The notes beneath the pieces were generated by a model. It searched no databases, was not told the origin of the DNA, and was given only the letters and a program-made list of their open reading frames with translations. Below are positions 26,278-39,533 of a stretch of 64,000 nt of DNA, piece by piece. Numbering within the stretch: position 1 is the first letter of the stretch; every line of letters starts with the position of its first letter. The stretch comes from Phyllosticta citribraziliensis (Eukaryota). The translations under genes and the position numbers were made by a program. The stretch spans positions 2,170,001 through 2,234,000 of the forward strand of contig NW_027117338.1 in assembly GCF_038025025.1 (NCBI RefSeq). The letters run 5' to 3'.

Positions 26278-27167
26278 TCTGATATTAGCGATGTAACGGT
26301 TTGGCCGGCTTTGAATCTTCTTGAAATTGCCTTGGAGTATTGTGCTGGTTGTGGTTCTTGTCAGTTGATTGGGAGCGGAGTTTTCGTGTGAGATTGAGTC
26401 TCGAGGAGGGGTTGGATTGGGTTTGAATAGCTTGAATGGTACACTTCAGAGTTACTTACTGTTACAAACGATCCCCGCAAAAGTCGGAGACAAGCCAAGT
26501 GACGGTGAAGGATTAGGCAGATTCCAGGAGGATATCGCTGGAGAACGTTGTGTGACCCGGAGAGACAGAGGGAAGAGGCGAACCAGGGGTTGTTCAAAGC
26601 TGTCGCAACGAAGAGAATAATACGGAGGGAAGGCACTTGCTGGCAGCTTTGATAGATTTTTGTTGTCCTTTGCTCGCTGCTACTGCCCGCTTCTGCCGGC
26701 TTCTCCTGATTCCGTTCTGGCGCACAACAATGCCAGTTGCATCTTGCGTCTAGTGTCCCTCGGAATCCTTTATACAAGATTCCTGACCTTGTTTGTTACC
26801 CGCTAAACATCAAAGTTGAATATAGCCTATCGCTTTGGCTATTCCTGCCACTGCTGTTGCCAGCGCCGTCGCTTCTTCGCGGCTGGGAAGCCACAAATTC
26901 CGCTCGCTAATTCCGCGCTTCTTTGTAAAAGATCAACAAGATTAGGAGATAGAGAGAGAAAAAAGAAGAACTCCGCCTGCGCCGAGCCCGTATGCTTTTT
27001 CAAATGGACGTGCGTACGTGCGTGACGATTATCGTCGTCATCATCATCTGCTGCTTCTGCTGCCAAGAGATGCAAAATATATGGCCAGTTCAGTTGAGCC
27101 GACTGTTTCATTTTGCCGCGTCGACTTGTTTGTATATGTCCAATTGGCATTTTGATAAATTGCTGCC

Positions 27168-28398
27168 CTAGTCGGGGCTGAGCATGTGCTTGAACTTCTC
27201 GATCTGCGAAAGAGTCAGTTTGTCTTTTCCTCAGGGCCTTTAAGCGAAATTTTTGAGCACACACCTTCGTCGAGAGGTACTTTTCCACCTCTTCACTGCC
27301 TTTTTGGCCCATTTTCCACGCGAGGGGTACCATCGCGACGCGCTCCTTGACCACGACCTCGCGGTTGGGGCCTTCGATAGCGCGTACCTTGTCAGGGTTG
27401 TTGGTCAGCAGCCGAATGCCCTGCTCACCGCCCAGGCCAAGATCCACGAGCATGGCCGTCGCCAGACCATAGCTTCGCGCGTCGGCTGGATGCCGCAGCA
27501 GAAGGTTGGCCTCGTACGTGTCGTTGCCCAAGTCTTGAAGGTTGTACGCCTTGAGCTTCTCAGCCAGTCCGATGCCGCGGCCTTCCTGGCGCAAGTATAT
27601 GATGACGCCGCCGCCGCTCTCAGGCAGCGACATGAGGCGCGCGGCTTCGTCTAGTTGCTCGCCGCAGTCACAACGCGCGCTCCACACCGTCTCGCCAGTG
27701 TAGCACTCGGAATGTATGCGCACGAGTGGCGGTATCTCTTCAGACGCTTGTTCCTGTTCCGAAGCCGCTGCCGCGGCGCCAGCCGCAACGCCCTCCTCCC
27801 GCTTGATCTGCTCGATCCGACTGCTGGTCCGGCCCGGGTAGAGGCGGCCAACGTAGGCGCCGCGGATCATGCGGTCGCGCTCACTCTCGCCGGCCCGCGG
27901 CGCATCCAGCGACCGCGACCGGATGCGGTTTCCAAAGACGATGGCCAAATGCTCTTTCGAGTCCAGATTGTTGTGGTAGACGTGCAGGAACATTTCCTGG
28001 CCCGTCGTCGTTGGTATACGGGCCCGCACGATGCATTCGACGTGCGGCAGCTTTTCGACCAGCTTCGGCTTGTCGGAGACCGGCCCGCCGCTGCGGCCTT
28101 CGGCCCTGCCTTCGCCTGGCACGGATTGTGTGCCGCGTTCGGTGGCGGGGAGAAGGCGTCCCGGTGTCGCTGGCGGAGTGAAGGCGGGCGAGATGATGGA
28201 GGGAAGCTGCGAGACTTGTTCGCCGTGGCGAACGTCCGATGTCGACGTGGCCATTTCCAGAGCGTACAGTTCGTCCGAGTCAAGGCGCAACTCTGAAATG
28301 TTGCGGGTAGGCGGCTGCGGGCGCTCAGGGAAACCTCGCGGAGTAGCTTGGTCGGGAGTGAAGGCGGGAGAGGCGTGTGCCGGCAAGTCTTGCGACAT
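27168..28398 (-). CDS. RIB1: GTP cyclohydrolase II (riboflavin biosynthesis)
   Basis: [49 protein letters not shown] and [11 protein letters not shown] 61-nt intron at 27204-27264 gives the C-terminus [16 protein letters not shown]. Confidence 0.95.
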
Positions 28399-29157
28399 TG
28401 TGGCGGTGGTGAAGATGGGGATGGTGGGGCTCAGGGTCGTCGGGGAGTTGAAGGGGCGGTCTCAGCAGTTGTCGGGTCACAGGAAGATGAGACTGGGAAG
28501 ACGGGAGGGGCCAATGGGGAATATGTACATGGTGTGGAGAGGAAGAAGGAGTCGGAAGTGGGTTGACTGCTGACGCGATCAAGCGGCGGTCCGAGTAGTC
28601 CTCGTCCTTGGAGGGACCTCGGCGGCGGGACGTGGGCACGCGCCTCGCTTGGGTGCTCTGTAAGCAGCCGTCATCCGTTGCCGACCCTCTCTGGCTTCCA
28701 CCCTCTTCCAGATCCGACAATCTCGACATCTTCGCCAAACCCATGCTCAGCCCTACGTCCAGGTACCATTCCAGCGAAACCCCTCGGCCCTCCTCACCGG
28801 CGCCTGTGAGCCTCAAGCACTCGTCGCTTACGCGCACCGCGTCGTCTAGCACCCGTATGACCACTAAACGGCGGGCAGGATCAGCACTTGTCCAGTTCCG
28901 CGTCTATCCATTCGTCACGCTGCAGATTATGATTGCATTGACGTCTGCGGGTCGATGCACCCAAGTCCAGCCTCTTCAATCACCCAAAAGCGGGTGCGTC
29001 GATTATATTGACGGGCGTAACAATGGCCCAGCTGAAAAATGCCGTGGAAAGATTGCTCATGTCCAATCTAGTGCATGCGATGCAGATCGAAGAGAAAAGG
29101 ACAGTGATGAAATATAAACAAGGCGATGCAGACAGGAAAGACGAGGAATAAACAGCC

Positions 29158-31410
29158 TCAGTGCCTCTTTGCCCACTCGCGATACCACTCTAAGCACTCG
29201 GCATTGGCGACCGAGGCCGATGTCTTTACATTCAGACCACAGAGAATCTGCTTGACAGCTCCCTCGACCCTGGTGAATAAAGTCAGCACGAGCTCGGAGT
29301 GGAAAGCAGAAGAGGAAAACTCACTTCTTCCCGTTTGTGGTCACGGGGATTTCAAAGCACTCTTCCACGATGCCCGGAACATGCCTAGCACTCAACTCCT
29401 TTCTCACCGTGGCCTTGATGTTATCGACAAGCTCCTGCGTAAACGGCTTGCCATCAGTCATCTTCAGGAACAGCACAACCGTTTCGTCAAGGTCCTGCTC
29501 GCGGCGGCGACCCACGCACAGCGCGTCGGCGACTTCGGTGGCAAAGTGCGCCAGCACGACGTTGTAGATTTCGGCGCTACCGAAGCGCACGCCCGCCGGC
29601 TTGAGAATCCCGTCGCTGCGGCCTAGCATGACGAGCCCGCCCGTCACCGGGTTGAAGCGCACAAAGTCGCCGTGGTGCCACACTGGCTGCTGGCTGTTGC
29701 TGCCCGGCGCGCAAAACTTGTCAAAGTAGCTGCTGCGATACTTTTGTTCGCCGGTCGGCCCCCAGAAGCTGACGGGCTGGCAGGGAAACGGCTTGACGCA
29801 GACTAGGTCGCCCGCCTCGCCGCTGTCCGTCACGTTGTGCCCTTGCCAGTCCCACGCGCGGATTGCCATGCCGAGGCCTGCTTGTTGGATTTCGCCGGCA
29901 TAGACTGGGGAGAGCGGGCTCGGCGCTCCAAATAGCGAGATGATGTCCGTACCTCCTGTGATGCTGCCCAGATTTATAGGAGGAAAGGCCGAGTAGACGT
30001 AAGAAAAGGTAGACGGAGCCAAGGGGGAGCCGGTGCTGTATATTGCGGTAAGAGTTGAAAGCGAGAGGGTTGAAAGAGGGGAAAGGCCCTTTTGCTCGAG
30101 CACTGAGAGATATTTTGCCGACGTGCCAAAGTGCGTGATCCCAAGCTCTTCGACGAGGCGCGGCATTGCCAGATCGTCGGCCACGGAAGGTGTTGCTTCG
30201 TTGGGGGTTTCTGAAGACGACGAGTCGACGTAGCGGAAAGGCGAGCCGTCGTAGAGAACAAGCGTTGCACCGCTCGCAAGACCAGATACCAGCCAGTGCC
30301 ACATCATCCAGGTGCAGGTCGTAAAGTAGAAGAGACGGGAAGCGCTCTCGATAGAACAGTGGAGGATGTGCTCCTTCTTATGCTGGATCAAGGTTCCAAT
30401 GGCTCCGTGTACGATGCATTTCGGCGCGCCAGTTGTCCCGCTGCTATAGAGAATATAGACAGGATGGTCGGGAGGCAGCTGGGCAAAAGCGAGCTCCGAG
30501 GGCGGAGAACTGTTCAAGGACACGAAAGAGGTGTATTCGTATGTTTTTGCAGCAGTGAGATTGAGAGACGATAGGTCGACTTCGACCCAAGGCACAGCCG
30601 GCAGCACCACGACACTGCGCAGGCTTGGAAGAGACTCGACAATCTCGCTGAGCTTGGGCAGCACTGGATGACTTTTGCCGTTGTAGTAGGACGCATTGTC
30701 CGAGAACAACAGCACAGGCTCAATCTGGCGCAGACGCTCCACAACGGCATGGACGCCAGTATCAGGAGAGACGGCAGTCCAAATGGCCCCGAGACTGGTC
30801 GCGGCAAGCATGGCCACCAGGGCATTGGTGTGGTTAGCGACATATCCAGCAACTCTGTCGCCCTCCTTTAGTCCCACAGCAAGCATGCCAGCCTGACACG
30901 CTTTGACGCGATCCCTCAGCTCTTTCCAAATGACCTTCTCTCTCGTGGTCTCCGTGGCCGCTATCACGGCTACGCCATTCGGATCAATCTCAACGCCAGC
31001 GGGAAAAAGCAAGTTCTCCGCAAAGTTGAGTTTGGCTCCACGAAACCATGCTGGCCGGGGAAACATCCTCGTCGTATCCTCGACGACCTTCGCAGCGAGT
31101 TAGCCATTTGGAACCAAAACCACAAAATGGTTGATTTGGGCACGCGATGAAAATGGGGAGCGCAACGGACCTCGTGGTAGGGCTGAGACACTCTGATGCC
31201 GACATAATCCCAGACTGCAGCCCAGAATTCGGCAATGTTTTCTACACTCCAAATGTGCAGTTCCTTATACGATTGAAGATCTAGGCCGTGCTTTTTGTTG
31301 ATGCGCTGCAGAAAATCATACAACTTGGTCGTCTGAGGTCTGGGATGGGTCCACAGCTTGCGAGGCGCTGTTTTCGTGCCATTGGCGCCATTTTCAAGCA
31401 TTGTTGCCAT
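29158..31410 (-). CDS. Acetoacetyl-CoA synthetase (acetoacetate-CoA ligase)
   Basis: WFRGAKLNFAENLL, ILYSSGTTGAPKCIVHGAIG, TTCTWMMWHWL, GSITGGTDI, WHHGDF and GRSDGILKPAGVRFGSAEIYN. Introns at about 31088-31170 and 29272-29324. Confidence 0.93.
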
Positions 31411-31804
31411 CGTCCGGTGAGTAGCTTTCGTGGAGGAGGTGTTTTCCTGAAGGTAAGAGGTCAAGGAGGGATGACTTGACAATTAGCTAGATGGCCCTCC
31501 CTTCACAGCCTTCGGATCCCCGCAAAGCACGGATGCATTCCGCTCCGCCTCCGCCCCCGGGGAACCGTTCCTGCCTGGGTACGGTCCGCTCGGCTATTCA
31601 TGCATTTTCCGATCGACTTTCGAATCCCGTCACTTCATTCGAAAGACGCTTTCGCTGAGTGCATATTGAAAACTTGATTGATTTGTAGAGCTCGTACCAA
31701 TATTCTCTCGGAATCCATGCCAATTGCGGTATCACCTCAGGCGACTAATGCTCCCAATACAAGTGTCCTCCCAAAGGCCCATCCCACATCACCCTGCGTC
31801 GTCC

Positions 31805-34800
31805 TCACGCCGTCTGCACCATCGCTTCCGTTCCCAAGGCACACCACCACCACTCGCCCAATCGCCATCCCCTAGTTGCCTCGTCTTCTTCCAATCCCAA
31901 TCGCATCTCCTCCACAGCCCCAATCTCTTTCAACCACACCAGACATATCTCAAGCTCCCACTCGCCAATCGCCTCCTTCAACGCCTTTCCGATGATATTG
32001 GTGCTAATTCCCGGCCGTCCAAAAATGGCGTGCAGCACGCCCGCCACAGTCCTGCACCACCACTCGCGGATCGGCGACAGCTGAATGTCATACCAGAGCG
32101 GGATCCAGTCTTCCGATGGAGAGCCTTGTTGAGGCAGCGGCAGCTTTTGCGGCAAATCTTCCATGTCCTTGGACTTGAGCAGCGGGTTGCCGAAGACGTA
32201 GTGCTCAGTGGGCACGATGTCCATATCCCAATTCATTCTGCTGCGGTCCATTTGCACCGTCTTGTAGTGGCCTTCGGTGAAGCCGAACTTGGTCAGACGC
32301 GGGAAGGGCGCACCCACGGTGTGATTGACCTCCGGGAGCCTTGAAATGACCTTTATGTGTCCGCTATTCAGGAGGTTGACGGTGGCCAGAACTGTACCCT
32401 CATTGGCGGCCGAGCGAATAGGATAGCCTTCAGCACCGTTGAGGAAGGCAGTGTCGAGATCGGCTTTGAAGCGCATTGCATCGATCAGGTGCGGTGCTTG
32501 GAGCTGGCGCTCGAATGCCTTGGGAAAGTTCTTGTCCATGCCATACTGGCGACCGGGTTTATTACCGCGACCTTTGAACTCATTTTTGAACCACTTGGTC
32601 GCCGTCAAATCGTTTGTGGCCTTTTCAATGAGCTTGGCGTTCAGACGACTCAGCTTCTCCTTCGCTGCCGCCGCATTGAACATATGGTCTGGCGCAACAA
32701 TTGTGGCGCGCACCCAGCTCTTTGCCTTCTCAACCGCAGCTTCCGAGAACCCTCCCCGCTTCGCTGTCGATGTAGGCTTGGCAATGGACGTGAGCGGGAT
32801 GTAGAACGAGTACTCGTTATAGAGCTCCTTGCGCCTGGCTGCGAGAGTCGCCTCGTTGAATAAGGTTTCTCTAGGCGGGTCCACTCGGTCCACATTCTCT
32901 TCGACGATGAACTTTGCATCCAGCACCTCGCGCGAGGCAGGCAGGTCAAAGTTTGGATCAAGTTCTCGGGGCGGCTTGACCGATATGTTCTGCATTGTCC
33001 ATTCAACGATAGAGGACCAATCGTAGTCATCCGGCTTGTCGTAATTCAGAGAAGGAATGTCGCCACACTCGTAGGCAAGCAAAAAGGCCTTTTGGAAATC
33101 CTCAAAAAGCTTGTCCAAGACTTGGGCACAATGAGTCTTCAACCACGTCCAACGGTTGCGGAAAGCGGGCAAATCCCATCGTGGATGCGTGCTGAAAATC
33201 CTGCGGATAATCTCCCAACTGGTGGTGTTGTCCAAACCTCCAACAAGAGATTGAACCACAACCATAGCATAGAGCAACTTTTTCGTGTCTGCAGTAGTGA
33301 TGACGCAGGTGGGGTCCGCAAAGGGGTTGCGATTTGATGTACCGGCAACAATCTTCTTTCTCATTAGAGGCCGGATAGGGCGAGTATCGGGCGCGTTGAC
33401 CGCTGTCTTGCGTCTGATACGCTTGGCCGGGGGAGGTCCAACAGGGAAAGAAGGATCGAATGAGCCGTCCTCGTCGTCCGCGTCGGACGGAAGATCCAAC
33501 GGAGGCGGGTCGAGAATCGTGTGGTATTCGCTCCAGTAGTCATCAAAAAGCGGCGTCGAGGTCATGGGTAACTCATCAAAGTGCTTCCCATAGAAGGTGT
33601 GGTTGATGAAGTGTTGCTCCTTGACACGATAACCGGCAAACACTGGGTCGAGTTTGAACGATCGTTCCCAATTCTGGATTTCGAGAGTTTCGCGTTCAAA
33701 CATGCTCAAGTAAGGATTTTCGCGGCGACTATGGTCACGCTCCTTGCCCTTCATCTTGCTCATTTGTTTCAGTTGGGCTAGAGACCATGGCATCACGTTC
33801 TCGAATTGGCGCTGATACTCCGCACGCTCGACCTTATCCGAAGATACCCATAGCGATAATCTAGCGTTGCGAGTGACGAAGTACTCGGTGGAAACGGTTC
33901 CATTGGTGGAGCAGAATCTTTGATCTGGATCGGTGAGGGTGGTTATATGCTGGATCTCCCAATCTGGATCGTAGGTCTCTGGGCCGACACGGCAGAAACG
34001 CCATTTGGCCTTCTTGCGCCCAGATTTTGGCTTTCCGAGGGAAATCGCACCATCGGGAATTCCTGGTCGAGGGCTGGGCGACGGCGCGACGGAAGAAGCG
34101 ATAGAAGAGATAGATCCTCGACGGCTTTTGGATGACCTCCCACGACGCCTTGGTGTGCCGGGGCTTGAAAAGTCTACACTGTCATCCTCGCTGTAAACCT
34201 CGCTTTCTGTGAACTCGCTGTATGCCGCTGGATCTTCAAAGACATATTTGTCGTTCTGAAAAGTCGCAAATGAGCCCCTTCTTTCCGCGGGCAAGAATTG
34301 CGGCAACTCGGACATTTCGGGAAGACCATATTCTGAACCAGGACGGTTGTGAAAACTGGTGTCGATGGCTGACCATGGTTTTTCGGCATCTGATCCGGAT
34401 CGGGGACGAGGCAAACCTGCCAGGCGCATGCGGCCAGTAGCACGGCCACGGAGAGTGCTACCTCTTGATCGGCCGCGAGTGGACCTGGTCGACTTGGGGC
34501 CTGCTCTCGGTCCTTTCTGCAAACTACGCTTCAGATCGGCCTCCCGTCTCTTGTGGTCTTCCGCAGAGCGCAGCTGAGTCTCGCGCATCCATTTCGGGAG
34601 GCTTTCACGCTGCACTGTAAGTTCCGTCTCTCTCTCATATCGCTCGCCATACCAAGAGTTGCCCAACTCATCCTCGTAGTGCTTCATTTCTGGGGGCCAA
34701 TAGACTCGTGGCATTGCCTCAATGACCTTGCGCTGCGTCTCAAGGACAAGCGGGGACTTAGGATCAATGTTCGGCAGAGTGAGAATGTGACGGGACACCA

Positions 34801-37800
34801 TTACTCCTTTCTTGTCTTTGAAGGTGTAGGTAAGTCTTCTGACTTTACCAGTCTCAGTGGCATTCTTAATGGTCCTTTTGACAGTGTCACGATCGACGAG
34901 CCGATCAGATCCGTGTTCCTTTTTCCAAAGCCCAATAAATGGCCTCTGGATCTCAAAATCTCCAGGGAAGACACCATTGCACTTCTCAAGGATATCGATG
35001 AGAAGTTTAGAACGGTTGAAGTTCAAGATGCCACCACTGCCGAGCTTAACGCCTTGTTTTCGCCCCTGTTGCCACCTGCCCTTTTTGTGTTTGATAGGGA
35101 CCTCAGAGGGATTAGGATTGATGAATGGTTCGTTAGTCGCACGTTCCTTGCCTTTGCGAAGTGTAGGTCCTGTCCATTTCGACTCCTGCTCAACAGGCGT
35201 TGGCTCTTCAAGGATAGGCTCAGTCGCTTGAGCCAACGCAGTAGCATCGTGACGGACATCTTTTAAGCCTAGCGATTGTTGCGCTTGATCCTGGGCATCC
35301 AAATTCTCTTGAACCATCGGAGCATCCTGCATCTCGCTGTGACCATCATGACCCGCGCTTTGACCGTCATCGTTATCCTGTTGGCCCGGCCTTACGGGAG
35401 ACGCGCTGGGAACACTTTGCGACTCTTTTTGGTTTGTTGCTGGTTCTTGAACTGCCGTCTGAAAATCCGAAGTGACTTGAGGTGCTTGAGCGGCTTCGTG
35501 TCCCTGCGCTGAGCTTGGGGATGTCATTTCTCCGTCTTGAGGGCGGCTAGCTGTGTCATGCCTAGATGAATCGCCTTGTTTGGGAGAAGTGGCGAGTCCG
35601 GCCAGACCAGGCGTTTGAACCGGTGTTGTCTTTGATGTGATCGTATTCTGAACACCTGTCTGTGCGTACGGACTCTTGTAAGCGCTTGGGCTGCCCGACG
35701 AGTTTGGTCTCAACGAATCGTAGAGACCTTGGTGGCGCGTAGCACCCCTTTCTGGCGTTGAATAGGGACTTTGATAGGATACAGCTCTCGAATTTTCGCG
35801 ACTGAAGTACTTCTCTAGACCCGTTTGGTTTTGCTGTACAGGAACAAAAGACGGCTTAGGCTGGCCTGGCTGTTCTTGGTTACAGGGGTGAGGCGCATCT
35901 GTCGACGAAGCGGGCACTGTCTCTTTTTCAGCGTTTGCAGGGGTTTGCGATTCTGTTTGACTTGGCGCATCATCAGAGACTGGCTGTGCTGGAGTGTCAT
36001 CCTTGGATTTCTTCGCTGATTTTCGAGGGCGAGCGGGCGTTTCGGGGTTCTTCCTAGGTCTTCCTCTTTTCCTTGCCGTCGGCGTGTCTTTTGTTGGGGC
36101 ACCAGTCTTTTTCAACAGATCGGGCTTCTTCTCGGGGCCTATGGACGCTGCCGGACCGGAAGAAAGTCTTTCATATACCGATGGCAATCGTTCGGGGGCA
36201 TCAGAGGGCATTTCGTCCAGAAGTGGGAAAATGGGCGGCAATCCTTGAGGATGAGAAACACTGGCTTGCAAAGCGCTGGAGTCGGTTGGAGTAGACTCCT
36301 TCCCTTCGCCGCTGAAATCTGGGCTCGCGTTGTTGCCATGATTTTCGAGCATCATCGAGGGCTTACTAGATGACATATTCTCGACGTTTCGAGCACTTTT
36401 GACCTCCTTGTCCAGTGCTGTGCCATCGCCAGAAGATTCAGCTGCAGAGTACAACTTTGGCCTTTTCGAGGACTGATGCGGTCGAGGACTTGGGGGAGGA
36501 GAATCTCCAGCAAAGTTGCTTGACGGCGCCGGAGCCCTGGCCCTTGCTGCTGCGACTTTCCGGGAGAATTCAGAAGAGCTCAAGTCGATGTGTCTTAGAG
36601 CAGGAAGCACAATGACTGCCACTAATGCCTTTTTGGGGCGACCTCTTTTCAACGGATCCCGAGGCTTTTGTGATCCAGGAGGGTTGATGTACAGTCCGGG
36701 TTGGGATGTGTTGCCCGTCCCATGCAAAGCCTGTTCTTCCTCGTCGATCATTCTCTGCAGGATGATTTCAGCTCTTTCCGAAATCGCAAATGAGTCAATG
36801 CCCATGATTTCGAGCTCCTGCTCGCGTCTTTTTGCCTCTTCTGCCTGTCTCATCTTCTCGGCTTCAAGACGGAGCTTGTGGCGTTGGCGACCTGTCAACT
36901 TTGGTCCATCTTGAGTCTCCTGTACTTCATTGCCGGTCTGAGATTCTGTATCAGCACCTGCGGTGTTCGCATTTGCTGAGCTTGGAGATGCATCTGCTGT
37001 GACGGAATTTTGATCCGCGATGGATTTGTCCGAGGATGCCAGCGGGTCGTCGAGACCAAGGCCCATGGCTTTCTTCCCTTCCTCCCATAGTTCTAGAAGG
37101 GCTGCCTTTTCGGCCTTGGCTTTCAGTCGGTATTTCTTCCCGGCATTGATTGTTGGAGGAGAAGCCGGGCTGGATTCCGGACTTGCCTTGAACGCGTTGG
37201 CCTTGGAGCGACGTGGAGTGGATGGAAATGGCTTTTCAGGAGAAGAATCCTGGACAGCCTCCGCCTCCGCCTCAGCGTTGCCTTGGAGTTCAGGAGTTTG
37301 CTGCGAGTCGCGTTGGGCCTGGGCATATGTTGTAGCCTTCTTAAGTAGCGGAGTTCTAGCGGTGGGTTTCTTGGTTCTTGACATAGCCTTGGCTTTTGGC
37401 TTTTGCTTTGCCTTTGGGGACTCTGTGAAGCTAGAGTCGCCTTCTTCGTCAGAATCAACGGGCAATTCACGAGCCCCGGCCTTGAATCCATTTGTTATGA
37501 ATCGTGGTACATAGCCGCGACTTGGAAGAGACTTGAGACCACACTGGAAGATCGCCTTGTTGGAGTCTTCCAAGGTTGCAGTTCCGTCCTGGCCTTGGAA
37601 CGCAGAGGAATCGATTTGAGGAAACCCCCATTCGTCCATGGGCCCGTAATCTGTCTGAGCTTTCTCCCTGATGTGCTTGCCACCTTTGGCACGCGGTTTG
37701 ACCTTGCTGACATTGGGGTTGATTGGTTGTGTCACTACGACCTCCCATGCGGCCTCGCCTTGGTCGACTGCAAGCTGGAAATTGGCGAATGAGCGGTAAA

Positions 37801-39449
37801 TGTAGTGGATGTATTTGCCGCTGATGCCAGTGTCTCTGACCACAGCAAAGTGTCTCAAGTGACGAGGTTGAGAGATGTGCCAAATGTCGGAAATCCGGCC
37901 AAGCATAGAGTCAACCGGGCGTTTGTAGAAAGAACCTAGTGCCCTGCTGCGAATAATAGCTGTCGTAGTGCCCGAAGGACCTGAGTCGTCGATGACGTCC
38001 CAGAACAAGTTGGTCAGCGGCCGGTCGGGATCCCATTGCGGGGGCAGCCTCTCAATCTCCTCAACATCGTTATCAGCTGCTAGTGGCGCCTGTCCTGCTC
38101 CGTTGCCATCATTGTCATCGTCTTCGGCACTCTCTACGTCATGCTCGGCATCTTCGTCGCCTCCAGCATCTGCCTGCTCGTTCTTAACTCTGTTGGCCGC
38201 CCGCATACTCATCGTGACAAACACGACTCGATCACGCGGCGTGGGCTGGCGGGTCAATTTGATGCAACGGTACCACTTTTGTGTGATGACCATGCCCTTG
38301 ATTTGCGCCTTGACTTTCTTGACTAGACCAAGGCCTTCGAGACGTCGCATTGATCGCCACAAGGACTTCATCTCCCAAGTTTTTGTCTTGATGCCGAGCT
38401 TGCTCTTGCAGTCGTCAAACGTGATGATGGTGCACTGTTTCAGAATATCCATGAGGACATCGAAGAAACGGTCGTAGATGAGCAGACCTCCCTCGAAGAT
38501 TACTTCTCTGACCAGTTCCGGCGGAGAAGTATGGTCGACATCAGGCAGGGCCTTTCTTCGCTCTTGCTGGGCCTTGGCAAACTTTTTGAGGGTGCAGAGA
38601 CTCGTTCGAGTGCCTTTGGCCAGCACATGGGTTTTTGTAATGTATCCATTTTTCTGCAGATTGTCGGTTCGCCTGGGGACTGAACGTTTGTCCTGGCCGC
38701 TGATGCGTGTTATCTCGGGTTGAACAACACCATCCTCGCCGTGGGCAGCGATGATGGAAAGAACGATGAATTCGTGCCTGGGAACCTTCTTCGGGTCCAC
38801 TCCGTGCCCCGTAATGGCTTGCCACATGCGATCTTCGTTCACAAACAGCCGAGGGGCCTGGGTCTTGGCCTGCGCATCCAAAGAAGCTTCATTTTCAGGA
38901 GCACCGGAGGTTGATTCGCCATTTTGTGTCGCTTGCAAGTTCTCGAGACGTTCAAACTCTTCCAAGGTGGGCGGGTTGTCCTCGTGGTAATTTTCAATGC
39001 AGATGTCGCGATGCGCAGTCAGCCAGTCCCAAATTTTTTCTTGAAGACGGCGATCAATGTGCGGCGGAGGCCGCGTTGCGCTTGCCTTTCCAGAAGGTCC
39101 TGTCTCTTCAGGTTTGGAGTAGAATTTGAGAAGCAAATCCTTAAAATCAGAAGAGTTTGCGCCTAATAATGGTGGCTTGATTAGCAGCTTTCGGATGCGG
39201 TGGAGCACAGCGAAGCGAAGAAAAAGGCGGCATCCGAGTTTCGAACGGTCGACCTCACTTGGGCTGGTCGGTACCCATAGCAAGGGACTGGACAAGGGCC
39301 TGGGCAAGTGAAACAGATGATTCGCCGCAGATTTTCTGCAGGTTGCGATGCGGATTTGCGGTAGGGTGGTCGCGCAACGTACCTTGCTCACCCCGCAAGG
39401 CAATCTCCTCGAGCAAAAACTCCAGCAACTCGTCAAAGCCTCTGGCCAT
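31805..39449 (-). CDS. TFC3: RNA Pol III transcription factor TFIIIC B-block-binding subunit (Tfc3/Sfc3)
   Basis: Exon 1 MARGFDELLEFLLEEIALRGEQ, intron 39163-39382, then a roughly 2450-aa ORF. B-block winged-helix region (MWQAITGH; LSIIAAHGEDGVVQPEITRISGQDKRSVPRRTDNLQKNGYI) and an Sfc3-like C-terminus ending GWRLGEWWW. Confidence 0.88.
39238..39246 (-). promoter_or_regulatory. Candidate Pol III B-box in TFC3 intron 1
   Basis: GTTCGAAAC matches GTTCRANNC. Confidence 0.35.
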
Positions 39450-39524
39450 GATGGGCCGCACGGAAAACGACACCAAGAATTAGGGTGGGTCGAAGCGAAG
39501 ACAGGTCATGAAAGGTGTGGGTGT

Positions 39525-39533
39525 GGATCGAAC
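39525..39533 (-). promoter_or_regulatory. Candidate Pol III B-box (ETC-like) about 76 nt upstream of the TFC3 ATG
   Basis: (A)GTTCGATCC matches RGTTCRANNC, with no tRNA cloverleaf around it. Confidence 0.4.

Noticed and set aside
26275..26400. Stop-codon readthrough to a cryptic peroxisomal signal
   Set aside because: The stop context is TGA TCT rather than TGA CTA, and the extension does not end in a PTS1; none was seen at the other gene ends checked.
31617..31645. 9-bp hairpin CTTTCGAAT...ATTCGAAAG downstream of TFC3
   Set aside because: It does not match the B-box consensus, and a single short inverted repeat is expected by chance.
39200..39300. tRNA hidden in TFC3 intron 1 (TTCGAAA loop followed by T5)
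   Set aside because: The T-stem does not pair fully, the A-box-like sequence is too close, and no acceptor or anticodon arms can be formed.
39383..39436. ORF-track N-terminus of the 2543-aa ORF (MTSCWSF...)
   Set aside because: It has a non-ATG start and reads through intron 1; the spliced ATG 39449 model fits better.
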